A stretch of DNA of 64,000 nt from Eledone cirrhosa (taxonomy: Eukaryota). Shown here piece after piece: positions 1 through 12,662 of this stretch. A program made the translations under genes and the position numbers. Below the pieces are notes generated by a model that did no database searches, had not been told where the DNA came from, and saw nothing but the letters and a program-made list of their open reading frames with translations. Numbering within the stretch: position 1 is the first letter of the stretch; each line of letters begins with the position of its first letter. Location: NCBI GenBank assembly GCA_964016885.1, contig OZ024750.1, forward strand, positions 42,160,001 through 42,224,000, in the 5' to 3' direction.

Positions 1-195
1 TACTATTTATTGTATACTTCTTTCTCATGTCCTCTCACTCACTTTTTATCTTTCTCTGGAAGAAATCGGCTGTACTCAGGCCTGGAGAGGGATGGGCTCC
101 GCCAAGCTTAAAAAAAATGCCCAAGAAATGCCGTATGTCAATACAACACCTCTAGGACTATATCAGGAGCCATAGGGCTATATATATATTACATC

Positions 196-431
196 TACTG
201 TATATACTTGAATATGAGCCAATCCGAACATAAGTCGACTCCCCTATTTTATGCCTGAGAAATAGGCAAAAATCCAAACTCAGTTAATAAACCGAGGCAG
301 CTAATCAGCAACATTGTTTAGATGGCGTATATAAGGCCACCCACCCTCCATTTTGCCATCGTTTTTTTTTTTTTTTTTCTTTTTTTCTTTTGGTCATATA
401 TTCGTCAGCTTATATTTGAGTATACACGGTA
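196..431. mobile_element. pogo/Tigger-like (Tc1/mariner) MITE
   Basis: TA-flanked imperfect TIRs TACTGTATATACTTGAATATGAGC ... GCTTATATTTGAGTATACACGGTA; a related copy lies at 30179-30360. Confidence 0.7.
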
Positions 432-579
432 AATTAAAACTTTTTAACACAGTCATTGTCAATGTTTTATGTCAACTTTTCAATGCTGGCATGGGTTGGA
501 CATCCAGATGCCTTTCCTAATACTAACTCTTTGTCATTTCTTATGACATGCAACCTTTTGTTATGTTACAAATATCATT

Positions 580-849
580 TTAACCCTTTACCTTTTACAT
601 TACTCTATATTTTCTATTACATTTTCATGATAAACACTTTACCTCACATAATATTGAATCTACGAGATTTTGATGTTATTTATTGTATTTTCATGGTAAA
701 AGCTTTACCTCACATAATATCATATCTATGAGATTTTGATATTATTTATTTTGAGAACAATACCTTAACATGAAATATGAGCAGCTGGTTTGAACAGAAA
801 GAGGTGAGAGAATTCTGGCTAGATACAGGGTTAAATGCTAAAGGGTTAA
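580..849 (+). mobile_element. TTAA/piggyBac-type MITE (family M1), short copy
   Basis: TTAACCCTTTA ... TAAAGGGTTAA termini; body shared with more than 10 copies in the window. Confidence 0.85.
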
Positions 850-1254
850 TAGTAAATTTATAATTTTAGTAAATCCCTCCCAATTCTCTTGAATCCAATC
901 CAATCCAATCCATTCCAGGGCTCCTGGGAAGAACCCCTTCCTGGTCGACCTCCACCACTTTGGTTTTGGTTGTCAGGGTTGTAGCCGTACTCACCAAGCT
1001 TGGCCAATTGTCGGTTGGTGAGGCTATTTAACCCATAGTCGGGGTGGATGGTTTTTGATTCTTAAGAGTTCACTGCCCTTTTATGGTCAGGCTGGGCTTC
1101 TGCTTGCTACAAGTACCATGTAACCTAGTACAACCTGTTTCATGGTTGAGTGGTTGCTGACTAAACCGGCTCCCTCATCAGACCATAAGGAAGATAAATG
1201 GAACCCCAACAGCACAACAATAGCTATTAAAAGATGAATTCTCCATTAATTAAT

Positions 1255-1477
1255 TCAAATACAGAGTGGGATGGACCTCGTCAAATAGGACCAAGGAAAC
1301 TGTTTCCATTGGTCTTTCCATTGCTGATACTATCTACTGGTTGCAACTCCTGGCAGAAAGAGCAACGTGAAATAAAGTGTCTTGCTCAAGGACATAACAC
1401 ATCACCCAGTCCAAGGATTGAACTCACACCCTCACGAATGTTAATCCAACTCTAACCATTAAGCCACATGCCTTCAC
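1255..1477 (-). mobile_element. tRNA-derived SINE, family C (family B head with a different body)
   Basis: Reverse strand begins with a tRNA-like head followed by TGTCCTTGAGCAAGACACTTTATTTCACGTTGCT; a related copy lies at 53215-53434. Confidence 0.7.
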
Positions 1478-1689
1478 AAAAAAATACAATGTATAATATT
1501 AGAAAAATGGACATGGAAGGGTTAAAAATCAATATTTTGAGATGTGAATCAATCATAATGGTTTCGACACCTCTGCAATATTTTCTATATAAATTAGATG
1601 AATATATTTGTTATAATTTGTAGCCTAGCTTTTATTGACATAGTTTTGTCTTGAGATATTTACCATTTATCATTATTTGTTGGTTGTAA

Positions 1690-1975
1690 ATGGTAGATAT
1701 ATTTAGAAAAGTAAAGTCCATCTACCATCTTTTGGTAGATGTATTTATGAATGTAATATTAACAGACCATTTTTAGTTGATATATTGACAGAAGTAAAGT
1801 TAACCTACTAAAGTTAACACACCATCTTTTTGGTAGATATATTGACAGAAGTAAAGTTAACCTACTAAAGTTAACAGACCATTTTTTTGGTAGATATATT
1901 GACAGAAGTAAAGTTAACCTACTAAAGTTAACAGACCATTTTTTTTAGTAGATATTTGTAAAAGTAAAGTTCACC
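1690..1975. repeat. ~57-bp degenerate tandem repeat, 3-5 units
   Basis: TGGTAGATATATTGACAGAAGTAAAGTTAACCTACTAAAGTTAACAGACCATTTTT repeated. Confidence 0.8.
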
Positions 1976-2242
1976 TGCTTCCCTTTTTTTTCTTTCATTA
2001 TATATATATCTGCTAGCATAGTGTTGCTGGTCACATCCGTCACACTCTGCCAACTGTGAAGAGATGTTGCAACATTGTGTGTTGAAGTATATACATTGGG
2101 AATCACCATATATATATATACAAAATAGTTTTATCAGAGCAGATGTATTTGAATTAAAGCATTTCTACTATAGAAATGAACCCATAGAATTTGAGGAAGT
2201 AATAATGGTCTGTGTTGGTAAATAGTAACTACAAATAGCTAA

Positions 2243-2541
2243 TAATTGTTTCTACTTTTGGCACAAGGCCAGCAATTACCCAGTGCATTACTGGTACTTT
2301 ATTTTATCGACCCTGTAAGGATGAAAGGCAAAGTTAACCTCGGCGGGATTTGAAATCAGAATGGCAAGGGTCGTAACTCTTTGCTGTAAAGCATGACATC
2401 CGACCCTCTACCGATACTGCCAATCCACCACAAATAGCTAATAATTGTTTCTACTATTGGCACAAGGCCAGCAATTACCCAGTACATTACTGGTACTTTA
2501 TTTTATTGACCCCCATAAGGATGAAAGGCAAAGTTAACCTA
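2243..2541 (-). mobile_element. SINE family A, full copy plus adjacent partial copy
   Basis: Reverse complement of GGTGGATTGGCAGTATCGGTAGAG ... GCCTTTCATCCTTAC ... TAGAAACAATTA; flanked by duplicated CAAATAGCTAATAAT. Confidence 0.85.
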
Positions 2542-2769
2542 GTTAATAATGTAGGATGGATATATATATATATTTGTCTCACCCATGCTAGCGTGGTAAA
2601 ATGGTGGTGAGATATATATAATATATATATAATATATATAATATATAACGAAGGAAATGTGGTAAGGAACCAGGTGGACCATAACGCACCAAAGTACTCA
2701 ATACTTAGGGTAGTAGAGTGGGTAATAGGAACCACTGGTTCCTAATATATAATATATATATATATATAT

Positions 2770-3098
2770 GTAGGTGGTGAGTTTTATTGTAGTACAATAA
2801 AGCAATGCAGATATCAGATAAGTAGCACTCTACAGTTTGTAGGACTGGAGTATAAATAATATATAAGATCAAAAGATGGTTAAAAGAGTTCCATGTATTT
2901 TATTATGCGCATTTCAAAAACAAATATCATGCGATGACATTTGCGTTTTCGTCAGATAAAATAGGGAGACATGATATGGAGGTTAAAAAACACTTGTGAA
3001 TAGTGCAGTTTTAAATCAACGCATGATGATATTTGTTTTTAAAATGCGCATAATAAAATACATTGAACTCTTTTAACCATCTTTTGATCTTATATATT

Positions 3099-3100
<2 letters not shown>
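2770..3100. mobile_element. Penelope-like non-autonomous element with ~72-bp inverted repeat, embedded in (TA)n
   Basis: 2858-2930 is the reverse complement of 3026-3099; contains a minimal hammerhead motif; (TA)n on both sides. Confidence 0.65.
2896..2963 (-). ncRNA. minimal type I hammerhead ribozyme
   Basis: Minus strand reads TATTTTAT-CTGACGA-[stem II AAACGCAAATGTCAT/cgc/ATGATATTTGTTTTT]-GAAA-TGCGCA-TA-ATAAAATA: intact core, perfect 8-bp stem I, palindromic stem III. Confidence 0.85.
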
Positions 3101-3132
<32 letters not shown>

Positions 3133-3200
3133 ATATATATATATATATATAGCCGTTAGCTTGGCCACAGCCAAAGCTTCGATTTTACTAAGCTTCCACT

Positions 3201-3240
<40 letters not shown>

Positions 3241-3448
3241 AAACTAATATATCTGAAGAACTCCATCTATCATAACTGATAGTGCTCAGTGGAATATAAC
3301 AGATTTTAAATAAACCTGAACCAACTGAATATGATCTCAGATCTTTTATTGATATGTATATATTAGTGAACTGTAAAGGCATGTGACCTACTGGGGGAAG
3401 GGTTGTAGACTCAATTGTTGGCATAAACCAGAAACCATTATATTAAAA

Positions 3449-3900
3449 TGGATTGGCAGTATCGGTAGAGAGTCGGACGCCATGCTTTCTAGCATAGTTA
3501 TGTCCCTTTACGATCTGAGTTCAAATCCCGCCGAGGTTGACTTTGCCTTTCATCCTTACGGGGGTCGATAAAATAAAGTACCAGTAATGTACTGGGTAAT
3601 TGCTGGCCTTGTGCCTGAAGTAGAAACCATTATATTAAAGTACCAGTAATGTACTGGGTAATTGATGGCCTTGTGCCAAAAGTAGAAACAATTATATATT
3701 ACTTCCGTGGATTGGCAGTATCGTTAGCGGGTTGGACGCCATGGTTTGCAGCATGGAGTTACGGCCCTTTTACGATCTGAGTTCAAATCCTGCCGAGGTT
3801 AACTTTGCCTTTCATCCTTACGGGGGCCGATAAAATAAAGTACCAGTAATGCACTGGGATGATTGCTGGCCCCCTTGTACCAAAAGTAGAAACAATTATA
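3449..3900 (+). mobile_element. two tandem SINE family A copies, the first with a duplicated tail
   Basis: A box TGGCAGTATCG, B box GAGTTCAAATCC, body GCCTTTCATCCTTACGGGG. Confidence 0.85.
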
Positions 3901-4104
3901 TTACTTCCTCCACCAAGAGATTAGGATCCTTGCAAGGTTACGGAACTCATCTTGGCTCATGCCTGTGACTAAACAATTTGGTAAATTCCTAACTTTGTAC
4001 TCTCTACAGTTCCTGAAATCCACAAACTATGGAATAAAAGTGCATGGTTCCCACCATATATTTTTGACTGGGTAAATCTCTACTGGTGATGTTTGTCTTT
4101 GAAT

Positions 4105-4345
4105 TCCTCCTCCTCCAACTTATTCCTGAGAGGGTTGTGGGGGAAGAATGCTCAAACACTCCTTCCAGTGGGCCCTGTCAGAAGCAACCGTCTCCAACTG
4201 ATCTGGCTGGATCCCCCAAGCAAGACCAGCCAAGTTCATGGATGTTATCCAACTATCTTGCTTGCGGTCTACCCCTGGGTCTTCTACCAGAGTTGGTTTT
4301 GCCTGTAAAATCTCTTCCACGGTTTTCTTTATGAATATTTTAGTT
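4105..4345 (-). mobile_element. RTE-clade LINE 3' fragment (Rex3/Expander-like C-terminus)
   Basis: Minus strand encodes ...QLETVASDRAHWKECLSILPPQPSQE*; related fragments at 30360-30525 (RGRPRARWLDNI) and 49055-49130. Confidence 0.7.
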
Positions 4346-4824
4346 TGTAGCTGAGTTGGAAGAGAGAGAGAGCTAAAAAAAAAAAACCTGAAACCTGAAT
4401 ACATGCACTCTTAACATGGAGCTATTTTTAATGTTTTTAACTTTAGAATTTCTTTGAAAAAAGAAATTTTATCTGGTTTACAGAGGAAGGAAAATTTAGT
4501 GTGATGTTCATGCCATTTTTTTTGCTGTTTTTTTTTTCTTCTTCTTCTTCAAGAGTTAGTAATGGTAGTTAAATAAAATGGTTACAACTGGGAATTGTAA
4601 CTATAATTTGGTCTTTGCTAACAACTTGCTCCATGGACATTTTAATAGACAACTATTACGTAAATTGACCAAGACTAAACCATGGCTAAATATTATCTCC
4701 TCAGGAGATATAACTACCATTAAACATTTCCATCACATTTATGGAACACTCCCAGCAGAGAATTAAGGCTATCTAATGTTATTTTACCTTTTGTTTATAC
4801 AATACAATACAGTGGTTCTTTGAT

Positions 4825-5050
4825 GTGGGGTGGGGGTTGGTGGTGGTGGTGGTGGACAGTAGTGGTGGGGATGGTGGAGGACAATAGTAGTGGGGATGGT
4901 GGAGGACAATAGTAGTGGTGGTGGTGGTGGGGGGATGGACAGTAGTAGTAGTAGTGGTGGTGGTGGGGGGATGGACAGTAGTAGTAGTAGTAGTGGTGGT
5001 GGGGGATGGACAGTAGTGGCAGTGGGGACAGTAGTAGTAGTGGTGGCGGT
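4825..5050. repeat. (GGT/AGT)n-rich low-complexity repeat
   Basis: GGTGGTGGT and AGTAGTAGT runs separated by GGGGATGGACA-like motifs. Confidence 0.85.
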
Positions 5051-5436
5051 TGTTGACCCCCATTAAACCTAGCAAGAGTAGGGTGGTGGTTGACCCCCCC
5101 CCCTCCAAAAAAAAATTTAATGCTAGCAAGAGTATGGTGGTGGTGGGGATGTACTTGGACTCCTGTTACAGCTACACATGAGTAGAGGTGGTGGCAGTTG
5201 ACCCCCTCCCTCTAAAGCTACAAGGGTACGGTGGTGGGGTTGGATTCTGTTCACACAAGAGTGTGGAGGTGTAGAACTATCCCCCTTAAAGCTACACAAG
5301 AGTAGTCAAAAGTCAGTTATATAATACAATATAGTTTGACTTCTCACTAACACTTATTTTTTGTTTGATGATAGTTCACTTGTAAAGAGTTGTCTCTGAA
5401 TTTTGTCTCTTTTCACAACTCGGCTTACAATATGCC

Positions 5437-5868
5437 ACACATATACACACACACAGATGCGTGCAGACACACACACACATATATATACACACACACACAT
5501 ATATATACACACACACACATATATATACACACACACACATATATATACACACACACACACATATATGTACACACATATACACAGACACACACATAATATA
5601 CATACATACATACACACACACATATATACACACACCCACATATACACACGCATGCAGACACGCACACACACACATACACACACACACACATCTCTCTATC
5701 ATTCTTTCTTTCTCACTCCTCTCCCTCATTCTCATTCTTTCTCTCCTACATTCTCATTCTTTCTCTCCTATCTTTCTCTCTTTCAATTTTTCTCTCTTTC
5801 TATCTTTCTATCTTTTTCTCTTTCTATCTTTCTCTCTTTCTCTTTCTCTCTCGTTCTCTCTCACTCTC
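5437..5868. repeat. (CA)/(TA) compound microsatellite followed by a CT-rich tract
   Basis: Read directly from the sequence. Confidence 0.9.
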
Positions 5869-6063
5869 AGATTAGAATTTTATTTTGACCCCCCCCCCCT
5901 CCATTCGTGTATGTGCAGTAATAAATAAAATTAAATAAAAGCCAGCAAGTAAACAGTCTTACAGTTGCCATGTCAGGTGGTGCGCTGCACATAATTCTAC
6001 TGTGGAGAAGTCTTGTAAGATACAAAAAAATACAGAAAGTTTATGCACGTGCATGTGCGTGCA

Positions 6064-6520
6064 TGCACACTCACACTACCACACACACCATACATACTAC
6101 CACCACACACACACACACCACTGCACACATACACACTACCACACCACACACACTACCACACATCCACACACACACTCTACCATACACACCACACACACAC
6201 TACCACACCTGCATACACACCACCACACACTACCACACATCCACACACACTCTACCATACACACCACACACACACTACCACACCTGCATACACACCACCA
6301 CACACTACCACACATCCACACACACTCTACCATACACACCACACACACACTACCACACCTGCATGCACACCACCACACACTACCACACTACCCCACACAC
6401 AGTACCACACATCCACACACACACTCTACCACACATCCACACACACACTCTACCATACACACCACACACACACACACGACCACACACCTGCATGCACACC
6501 ACCACACACATACCCACATG
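6064..6520. repeat. CA-rich minisatellite with ~75-bp internal repeats
   Basis: CACACACTACCACACATCCACACACACTCTACCATACACAC blocks repeated. Confidence 0.85.
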
Positions 6521-6872
6521 CCCATGCATTCATCTCAACATTTAAAAAAAAAAAAGAAGTGATATTAAATTATAAAAGGTGGTGAATTGGATGAGATGTT
6601 AGAGAGGAGAACGAGTTACAGTGTTTGTTCCAGCTCTGTGTTCTGAGGTCAAATCCTGCTGAGGTCAACTGCGTCTTTTCTTTGGTTTTTAAGGGCAGGA
6701 GTTGATAAAATAAAGTACCATTCCAGAGTGGGTGGACTGGCAGAATTGTTTCAGAGTTGACTGTGATACCTTGTAGTATTTCTTCTGTGTTGCGAGTTCA
6801 AATACTGGCATGGCCTTGGTTATAGACAATCTTTCACTTGGTTTAACACCACCACCTGGCCTTTGAGTGACA

Positions 6873-8097
6873 TTAACCCTTTACCATTTACAATACTCTA
6901 TCTATACTATTGTATTTTCACAGTAAAGGCTTTACCTCACATAATATCTCACATAACATTTATATTACTCTATATATACTATTGTATTTTCACAGTAAAG
7001 GCTTTACCTCACATAATACCTCGCATAACATTTACATTACTCTATATATACTATTGTATTTTCACAGTAAAGGCTTTATCTCACATAATATCTCACATAA
7101 CATTTATATTACTCTATATATACTATTGTATTTTCACAGTAATGGCTTTACCTCACATAATATCTCACATAACATTTATATTACTCTATATATACTATTG
7201 TATTTTCACAGTAAAGGCTTTACCTCACATAATATCTCACATAACATTTACATTACTCTATATATACTATTGTATTTTCACAGTAAAGGCTTTATCTCAC
7301 ATAATATCTCACATAACATTTACATTACTCTATATATACTATTGTATTTTCACAGTAAAGGCTTTACCTCACATAATATCTCATAACATTTACATTACTC
7401 TATATATATACTATTGTATTTTCACAGTAAAGGCTTTACCTCACATAATATCTCACATAACATTTACATTACTCTATATATATACTATTGTATTTTCACA
7501 GTAAAGGCTTTACCTCACATAATAATATCTCACATAACATTTACATTACTCTATATATACTATTGTATTTTCATGGTAAAGGCTTTACCTCACATAATAT
7601 CTCACATAACATTTACATTACTCTATATATACTATTGTATTTTCACAGTAAAGGCTTTACCTCACATAATATCTCACATAACATTTACATTACTCTATAT
7701 ATACTATTGTATTTTCATGGTAAAGGCTTTACCTTACATAATATCTCGCATAACATCTACATTACTCTATATATATACTATTGTATTTTCACAGTAAAGG
7801 CTTTACCTCACATAATATCTCACATAACATTTACATTACTCTATATATACTATTGTATTTTCACAGTAAAGGCTTTACCTCACATAATATCTCACATAAC
7901 ATTTACACTACTCTATATCTATACTATTGTATTTTCACGGTAAAGGCTTTATCTCACATAATATCGAGATTTTTATATTATTTATTTTGAGAACAATATC
8001 TTAACATCATTATGAGCGGCTGGTTACGGCTGGTATGAACAGAAATGGGTGAGAGAAATCTAGCCAGATACGGCCAGTTTAAATGCTAAAGGGTTAA
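6873..8097 (+). mobile_element. M1 MITE containing ~15 tandem 72-bp internal units
   Basis: TTAACCCTTTA start, AATGCTAAAGGGTTAA end; lines at 6901 and 7261 are near-identical (5 x 72 bp). Confidence 0.9.
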
Positions 8098-8568
8098 ATG
8101 AAAGCAGCAAAAAAGTTTATTTGGTATTATCTTTATTTTTGTCCTAATATTTCAGGACTTAAAAATCTCTTCCTCAGAGTGTGAGCAACTCTCACAGTAA
8201 AACATTACGGTCTTGTCACTTTGACATTTGATTTTTAATTTAAAATTAAAATTTAAGCACAAGGCCAGCAATTTTGAGGGAGGAGGGAATATTGATTAAC
8301 CTTCAGGACGCTGAATATTTTATATGAATTGATTTCTTGACATTGTATTAAGGAGAGATTACTCTGTTGTTGCAATTTGTCGACAACAGCGTGCTGAAGG
8401 TTAAATCTACCCCAGTACTTGACTGGTACTTTATTTTATCGACTCTGGGAAAAATGAAAGGCAAAGGTGACCTCAACAGGATTTGGAATCAGAATATAAA
8501 GGTTTGGAGCAGATGCAGCAAAGGATGTGTTACGCTCTAACGATTCTGCCAATTACTAATATATGCGA

Positions 8569-9304
8569 ACTCTCTCTCCTCCTCTTTTCTCTCCTTTCAT
8601 TATCTCTCTCACTCTCCTCCTCTCACTCTCCTCTTTTCTCCTCCTCTCACTCTCCTCTTTTCTCCTCCTCTCACTCTCCTCTTTTCTCCTCCTCTCACTC
8701 TCCTCTTTTCTCTCACTCCTCTTTTCTCTCACTCTCTCCCTTCTCTCTCACTCTCCCTTCTCTCTCACTCTCCCTTCTCTCTCACTCTCCCTTTTCTTTC
8801 TCTCTCCCTTCTCTCTCACTCTCCCTTTTCTCTCAACCTCACAACCACTTCCCCTCTCACACACTCCTCTCTCATACACTCCTCTCACTCATCTCACTCT
8901 CACCTCACTCTCACCTCACTCTCACCTCACTCTCACCTCACTCTCCTCTCACTCTCCTCTCACTCTCCTCTCACTCTCCTCTCACTCTCACTCTCACTCT
9001 CACTCTCCCTCTCACCTCACTCTCCTCTCACTCTCTCTCTCCCTCTCACCTCACTCTCCTCTCACTCTCTCTCTCCCTCTCACCTCACTCTCCTCTCACT
9101 CTCTCTCCTCTCACTCTCTCCCCTCTCTCCCTCTCCTCTCTCCCTTCTCTCTCTCCTCTCTCTCTCTCCTCTCACTCTCTCCCCTCTCTCCTCTCACTCT
9201 CTCCCTTCTCTCCTCTCACTCTCTCCCTTCTCTCTCTCTCCCTTCTCTCTCTCCCTTCTCTCTCTCCTCTCTCTCCTCTCTCTCTCCTCTCTCTCCTCTC
9301 TCTC

Positions 9305-9393
<89 letters not shown>

Positions 9394-9855
9394 CCCCCTC
9401 TCTCTCTCTCTCTCCCCTCTCTCTCTCCCCCCTCTCTCTCTCTCCCCTCTCTCTCTCCCCTCTCTCTTCTCTCTCCTCTCACTCTCTCCTCTCACTCTCT
9501 CCTCTCACTCTCTCCTCTCACTCTCTCCTCTCACTCTCTCCTCTCACTCTCTCCTCTCACTCTCTCCTCTCTCTCTCTCCTCTCACTCTCTTCTCTCACT
9601 CTCTCCTCTCACTCTCTCTCCTCTCACTCTCTTCTCTCACTCTCTCCTCTCACTCTCTCCTCTCACTCTCTCTCCTCTCACTCTCTTCTCTCACTCTTCT
9701 CCCTCTCTCACTCTTCTCCCTCTCTCTCTCTTCTCCCTCTCTCTCTCTTCTCCCTCTCTCCCCCTTGCACTCTCCTCCTTCTCACACTCTCCTTCTCACC
9801 CTCTCCTCCTCACCCTCTCCTTCTCTCTGTCTCCTCCCTCTCTCACCCTGCCCCC
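8569..9855. repeat. ~1.3-kb polypyrimidine (CT/CTCA) tract
   Basis: Almost no G on the + strand; pure (CT)n core near 9317-9378. Confidence 0.95.
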
Positions 9856-10347
9856 ATATGTTCCCTAAGGTAACTTATGACAAATGTCTATTTAAAAGGT
9901 TATAGAATCAGAGTTTTATCATTATTTGTTTTATTTTGCAGAGATTTCCAAAATCCCAATTATTTCTCTTGTAGCTTTTCTGTTTCGATCTTTACCCATA
10001 CTTCCTTTCACAACAATAGATCTTTTCGAATTTATTGATTTTATTCTGGCATATCAATATTTGCATAACGATTCTGATTTGCATTAATTATTAAATGTAA
10101 CTTTCTCTGTTTTGAGATACAATCCTCTTCCAAAACATATGGGTCATTCCAATTATTCCATGTCAACCGAGAAACATTTTAAAAGGATAACTATATATCT
10201 TAAATTCTTAAATTGTTTATAGTAAAATATATAAATAAGTTCACGTATGGCTGTGTGGTTAAGTTTTCTTTGTAACCATGTGATTTTCGGTTGAATATAT
10301 TATATATATATATTGGAAAATGTTCAAGACCCCGACGGCAGAGTTCA

Positions 10348-10416
<69 letters not shown>

Positions 10417-10693
10417 GGCACACATACACACTGGGTTTCCCCCCCCCAAAAAAAAATGTGTAGATACACTTCATCATTCTAATAAATATGTGTATACATT
10501 TTTTTAACCATATATATTTGTATGTAAAATACAATATATATATATATATCATCATCATTTTACGTCTGCTTTTCCCTCCTTGCAAGGGTTGGACGGGTCC
10601 TATTCAACACAGCATCTTGTAATGGTCGCTCGGCATCTCGGATACACTTTGCAATTATGCAAACAGCCTGTTAGTTATATATATATATATGTT

Positions 10694-11035
10694 GAGGCAC
10701 ATGGCTTAGTGGTTAGAGCATTGGCCTTGCAATCGAAAGGTTGTGAGTTCAATTCTCAGACTGGGTGATGTGTTGTTTCCTTGAGCAAGGCACTTTATTT
10801 CATATTGCTCCAGTTTACTCAGCTGTAGAAATGAGATGACAGGGACTGGGGTCCCTATCATTCCACTGTAAAGTGGTCGTGGAGGTGCCACGGCAAAAAA
10901 GCACCCAGCACTCACTGTAAATGAAGTTGGTGTTAGGAAGGGCACCCAGCTGTAGAAATCAAGCCAGAATCAGTTCCCGTCCCACCCTTGCAAGCAGGGA
11001 AAAAGCGGACGTAAAATGAAATAAATGAAATGAAT
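10694..11035 (+). mobile_element. SINE family B (tRNA head, CORE-like middle, RTE-type tail)
   Basis: GGCACATGGCTTAGTGGTTAGAGC ... GAGTTCAATTC ... CCTTGAGCAAGGCACTT ... CCCTTGCAAGCAGGGAAAAAGCGGACGTAAAATG. Confidence 0.9.
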
Positions 11036-11916
11036 GTGTGTGTGTGTGTGTTTATATATTTTATGTACACACACATACGCACATATGCAGGTATACCTCA
11101 CCCTATGTTAATTAATTCCAGAAATCAAGACATAAGTTGAAAACTGTCAAATTAACCCTCTGTAAACCACTGGTATCCCCAGTACTGTACTTTAATATAC
11201 ATAAACTCTACAGTACAGTATACTATTGTGTAGTTTTTTTTTTTTTAAAGTGTTTTTTATGGTTTAATATTTTTGGCAGACTGAGGTAGAGTTAATTGAC
11301 CTAATATGGCATTTATTTTTGTCACATAATATTAAGAAAAATCCTGTAACTTTGATAATGACAACTCAAAATGACATAGGTCGAAGTGTGTGTGTGTATA
11401 TATATATAGTGAAAAGATAACAAGGTCAATTGGTTACTCCTTCATTACATTTATTGGTTGGTGACGTGCGTTTCAGCACTGATCAGCTCAAGATTCTATC
11501 TGTATTGATCTTACCTCGACACGGAAGTGAACCTAAACATCGAGTGCTCACCTGGGTGAACCTACAGTAACTCCAAGTTACACTTCCTGGATATATATAT
11601 CTATATATATGTAGAGGTTATATTTAATTTGTTGGGATACAACAAGCAAAATATTTTTATAACTGATATAAAGCACTCAACAAATTATTGGAGTAAATAT
11701 ACAATATATTAACAAATGGAAACTATATTTATAAAACAATATTTATTTCATTATACATATTTCAAGGGCCACGAAGGTAAACTATGGTGCGCTTTCATCA
11801 AATAAAATATAATATAGGTTAGTTTTATGAATAAATATTGACATACCCTTAAAAAATGCAACCTTCATGGTTGCATTTTTTAAGGGTATGTCAATATTTA
11901 TTTATAAAACTAACCT

Positions 11917-12256
11917 GGACGGAGGCACATGGCTTAGTGGTTAGAGCATTGGCCTTGCAATCGAAAGGTTGTGAGTTCAATTCTCAGACCGGGTGATGTG
12001 CTGTTTCCTTGAGCAAGACACTTTATTTCACATTGCTCCAGTTTACTCAGCTGTAGAAATGAGATGATAGGGACTGGGGTCCATATCATTCCACTGCAAA
12101 GTGGTCGTGGAGGTGCCACGGAAAAAAACACCCAGCACTCACTGTAAATGAGGTTGGTGTTAGGAAGGGCATCCAGCTGTAGAAATCAAGCCAGAATCAG
12201 TTTCCGTCCCACCCTTGCAAGCAGGGAAAAAGCGGACGTAAAATGAAATGATGATG
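11917..12256 (+). mobile_element. SINE family B with AACCT target-site duplication
   Basis: AACCT at 11912-11916 and 12257-12261; near-identical to 10694-11035. Confidence 0.9.
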
Positions 12257-12267
12257 AACCTATATTA

Positions 12268-12333
12268 TATTTTATCTGATGAAAGCGCACCATAATTTAC
12301 CTTGGTGGCCCTTGAAATATGTATAATGAAATA
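12268..12333 (+). ncRNA. minimal type I hammerhead ribozyme
   Basis: TATTTTAT-CTGATGA-[AAGCGCACCA...TGGTGGCCCTT]-GAAA-TATGTA-TA-ATGAAATA; the opposite-arm copy at 11744-11809 (-) has the core mutated to TTGATGA. Confidence 0.8.
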
Positions 12334-12376
12334 AATATGGTTTTATAAATATAGTTTCCATTTGTTAATATATTGT

Positions 12377-12412
<36 letters not shown>

Positions 12413-12414
<2 letters not shown>

Positions 12415-12662
12415 AAAGTTATATTTAAAATTGTTGGGTTACAACTAGTAAATATTTATAACTGATATAAAAGCACTCTGCCAGCTTAAACCTCTTCAAA
12501 TGGAAGTCGGTGTTATAACGGTATGTCGAATCTATTTGTCTATAAAACTGTTTATATTGTATTTTGTCTGAGGAAGGCATAGCATATTGTTAATATGATA
12601 TCCCCAAAATATATATAATGAAATAAATATGGTTTTATAAATATAGTTTCCATTTATTTAAT

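Larger units (their letters stand above)
11610..12380. mobile_element. Penelope-like palindromic element (~165-bp arms centred near 11866) interrupted by a SINE B
   Basis: 11698-11863 is the reverse complement of 11869-11916 joined to 12262-12379; hammerhead motif in both arms; (TA)n flanks. Confidence 0.7.

Noticed and set aside
5354-6585. His/Thr- or Cys/Val-rich ORFs (also at 8.5-9.9, 31.6-32.3 and 45.7-46.5 kb)
   Set aside because: They are translations of simple-sequence repeats
6920-7900. let-7 7mer-A1 site (TACCTCA) in M1 units
   Set aside because: Only 7 nt with no 3' pairing, and lost in the largest array (33.6 kb); compatible with chance
6863-7990. Membrane-protein-like ORFs in M1 arrays (also at 33.6-36.4, 40.8-42.0 and 47.8-48.5 kb)
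   Set aside because: They are translations of 60/72-bp MITE-internal repeats, open in two frames with frequent frameshifts
10694-10770. tRNA genes at SINE heads
   Set aside because: A and B boxes are present but run directly into SINE bodies, with no complete cloverleaf or terminator
11450-11500. Further hammerhead on the minus strand (GAAACGCACGTC followed by AATAAA)
   Set aside because: No intact CUGANGA, stem II or stem I could be built; at best a degenerate relic
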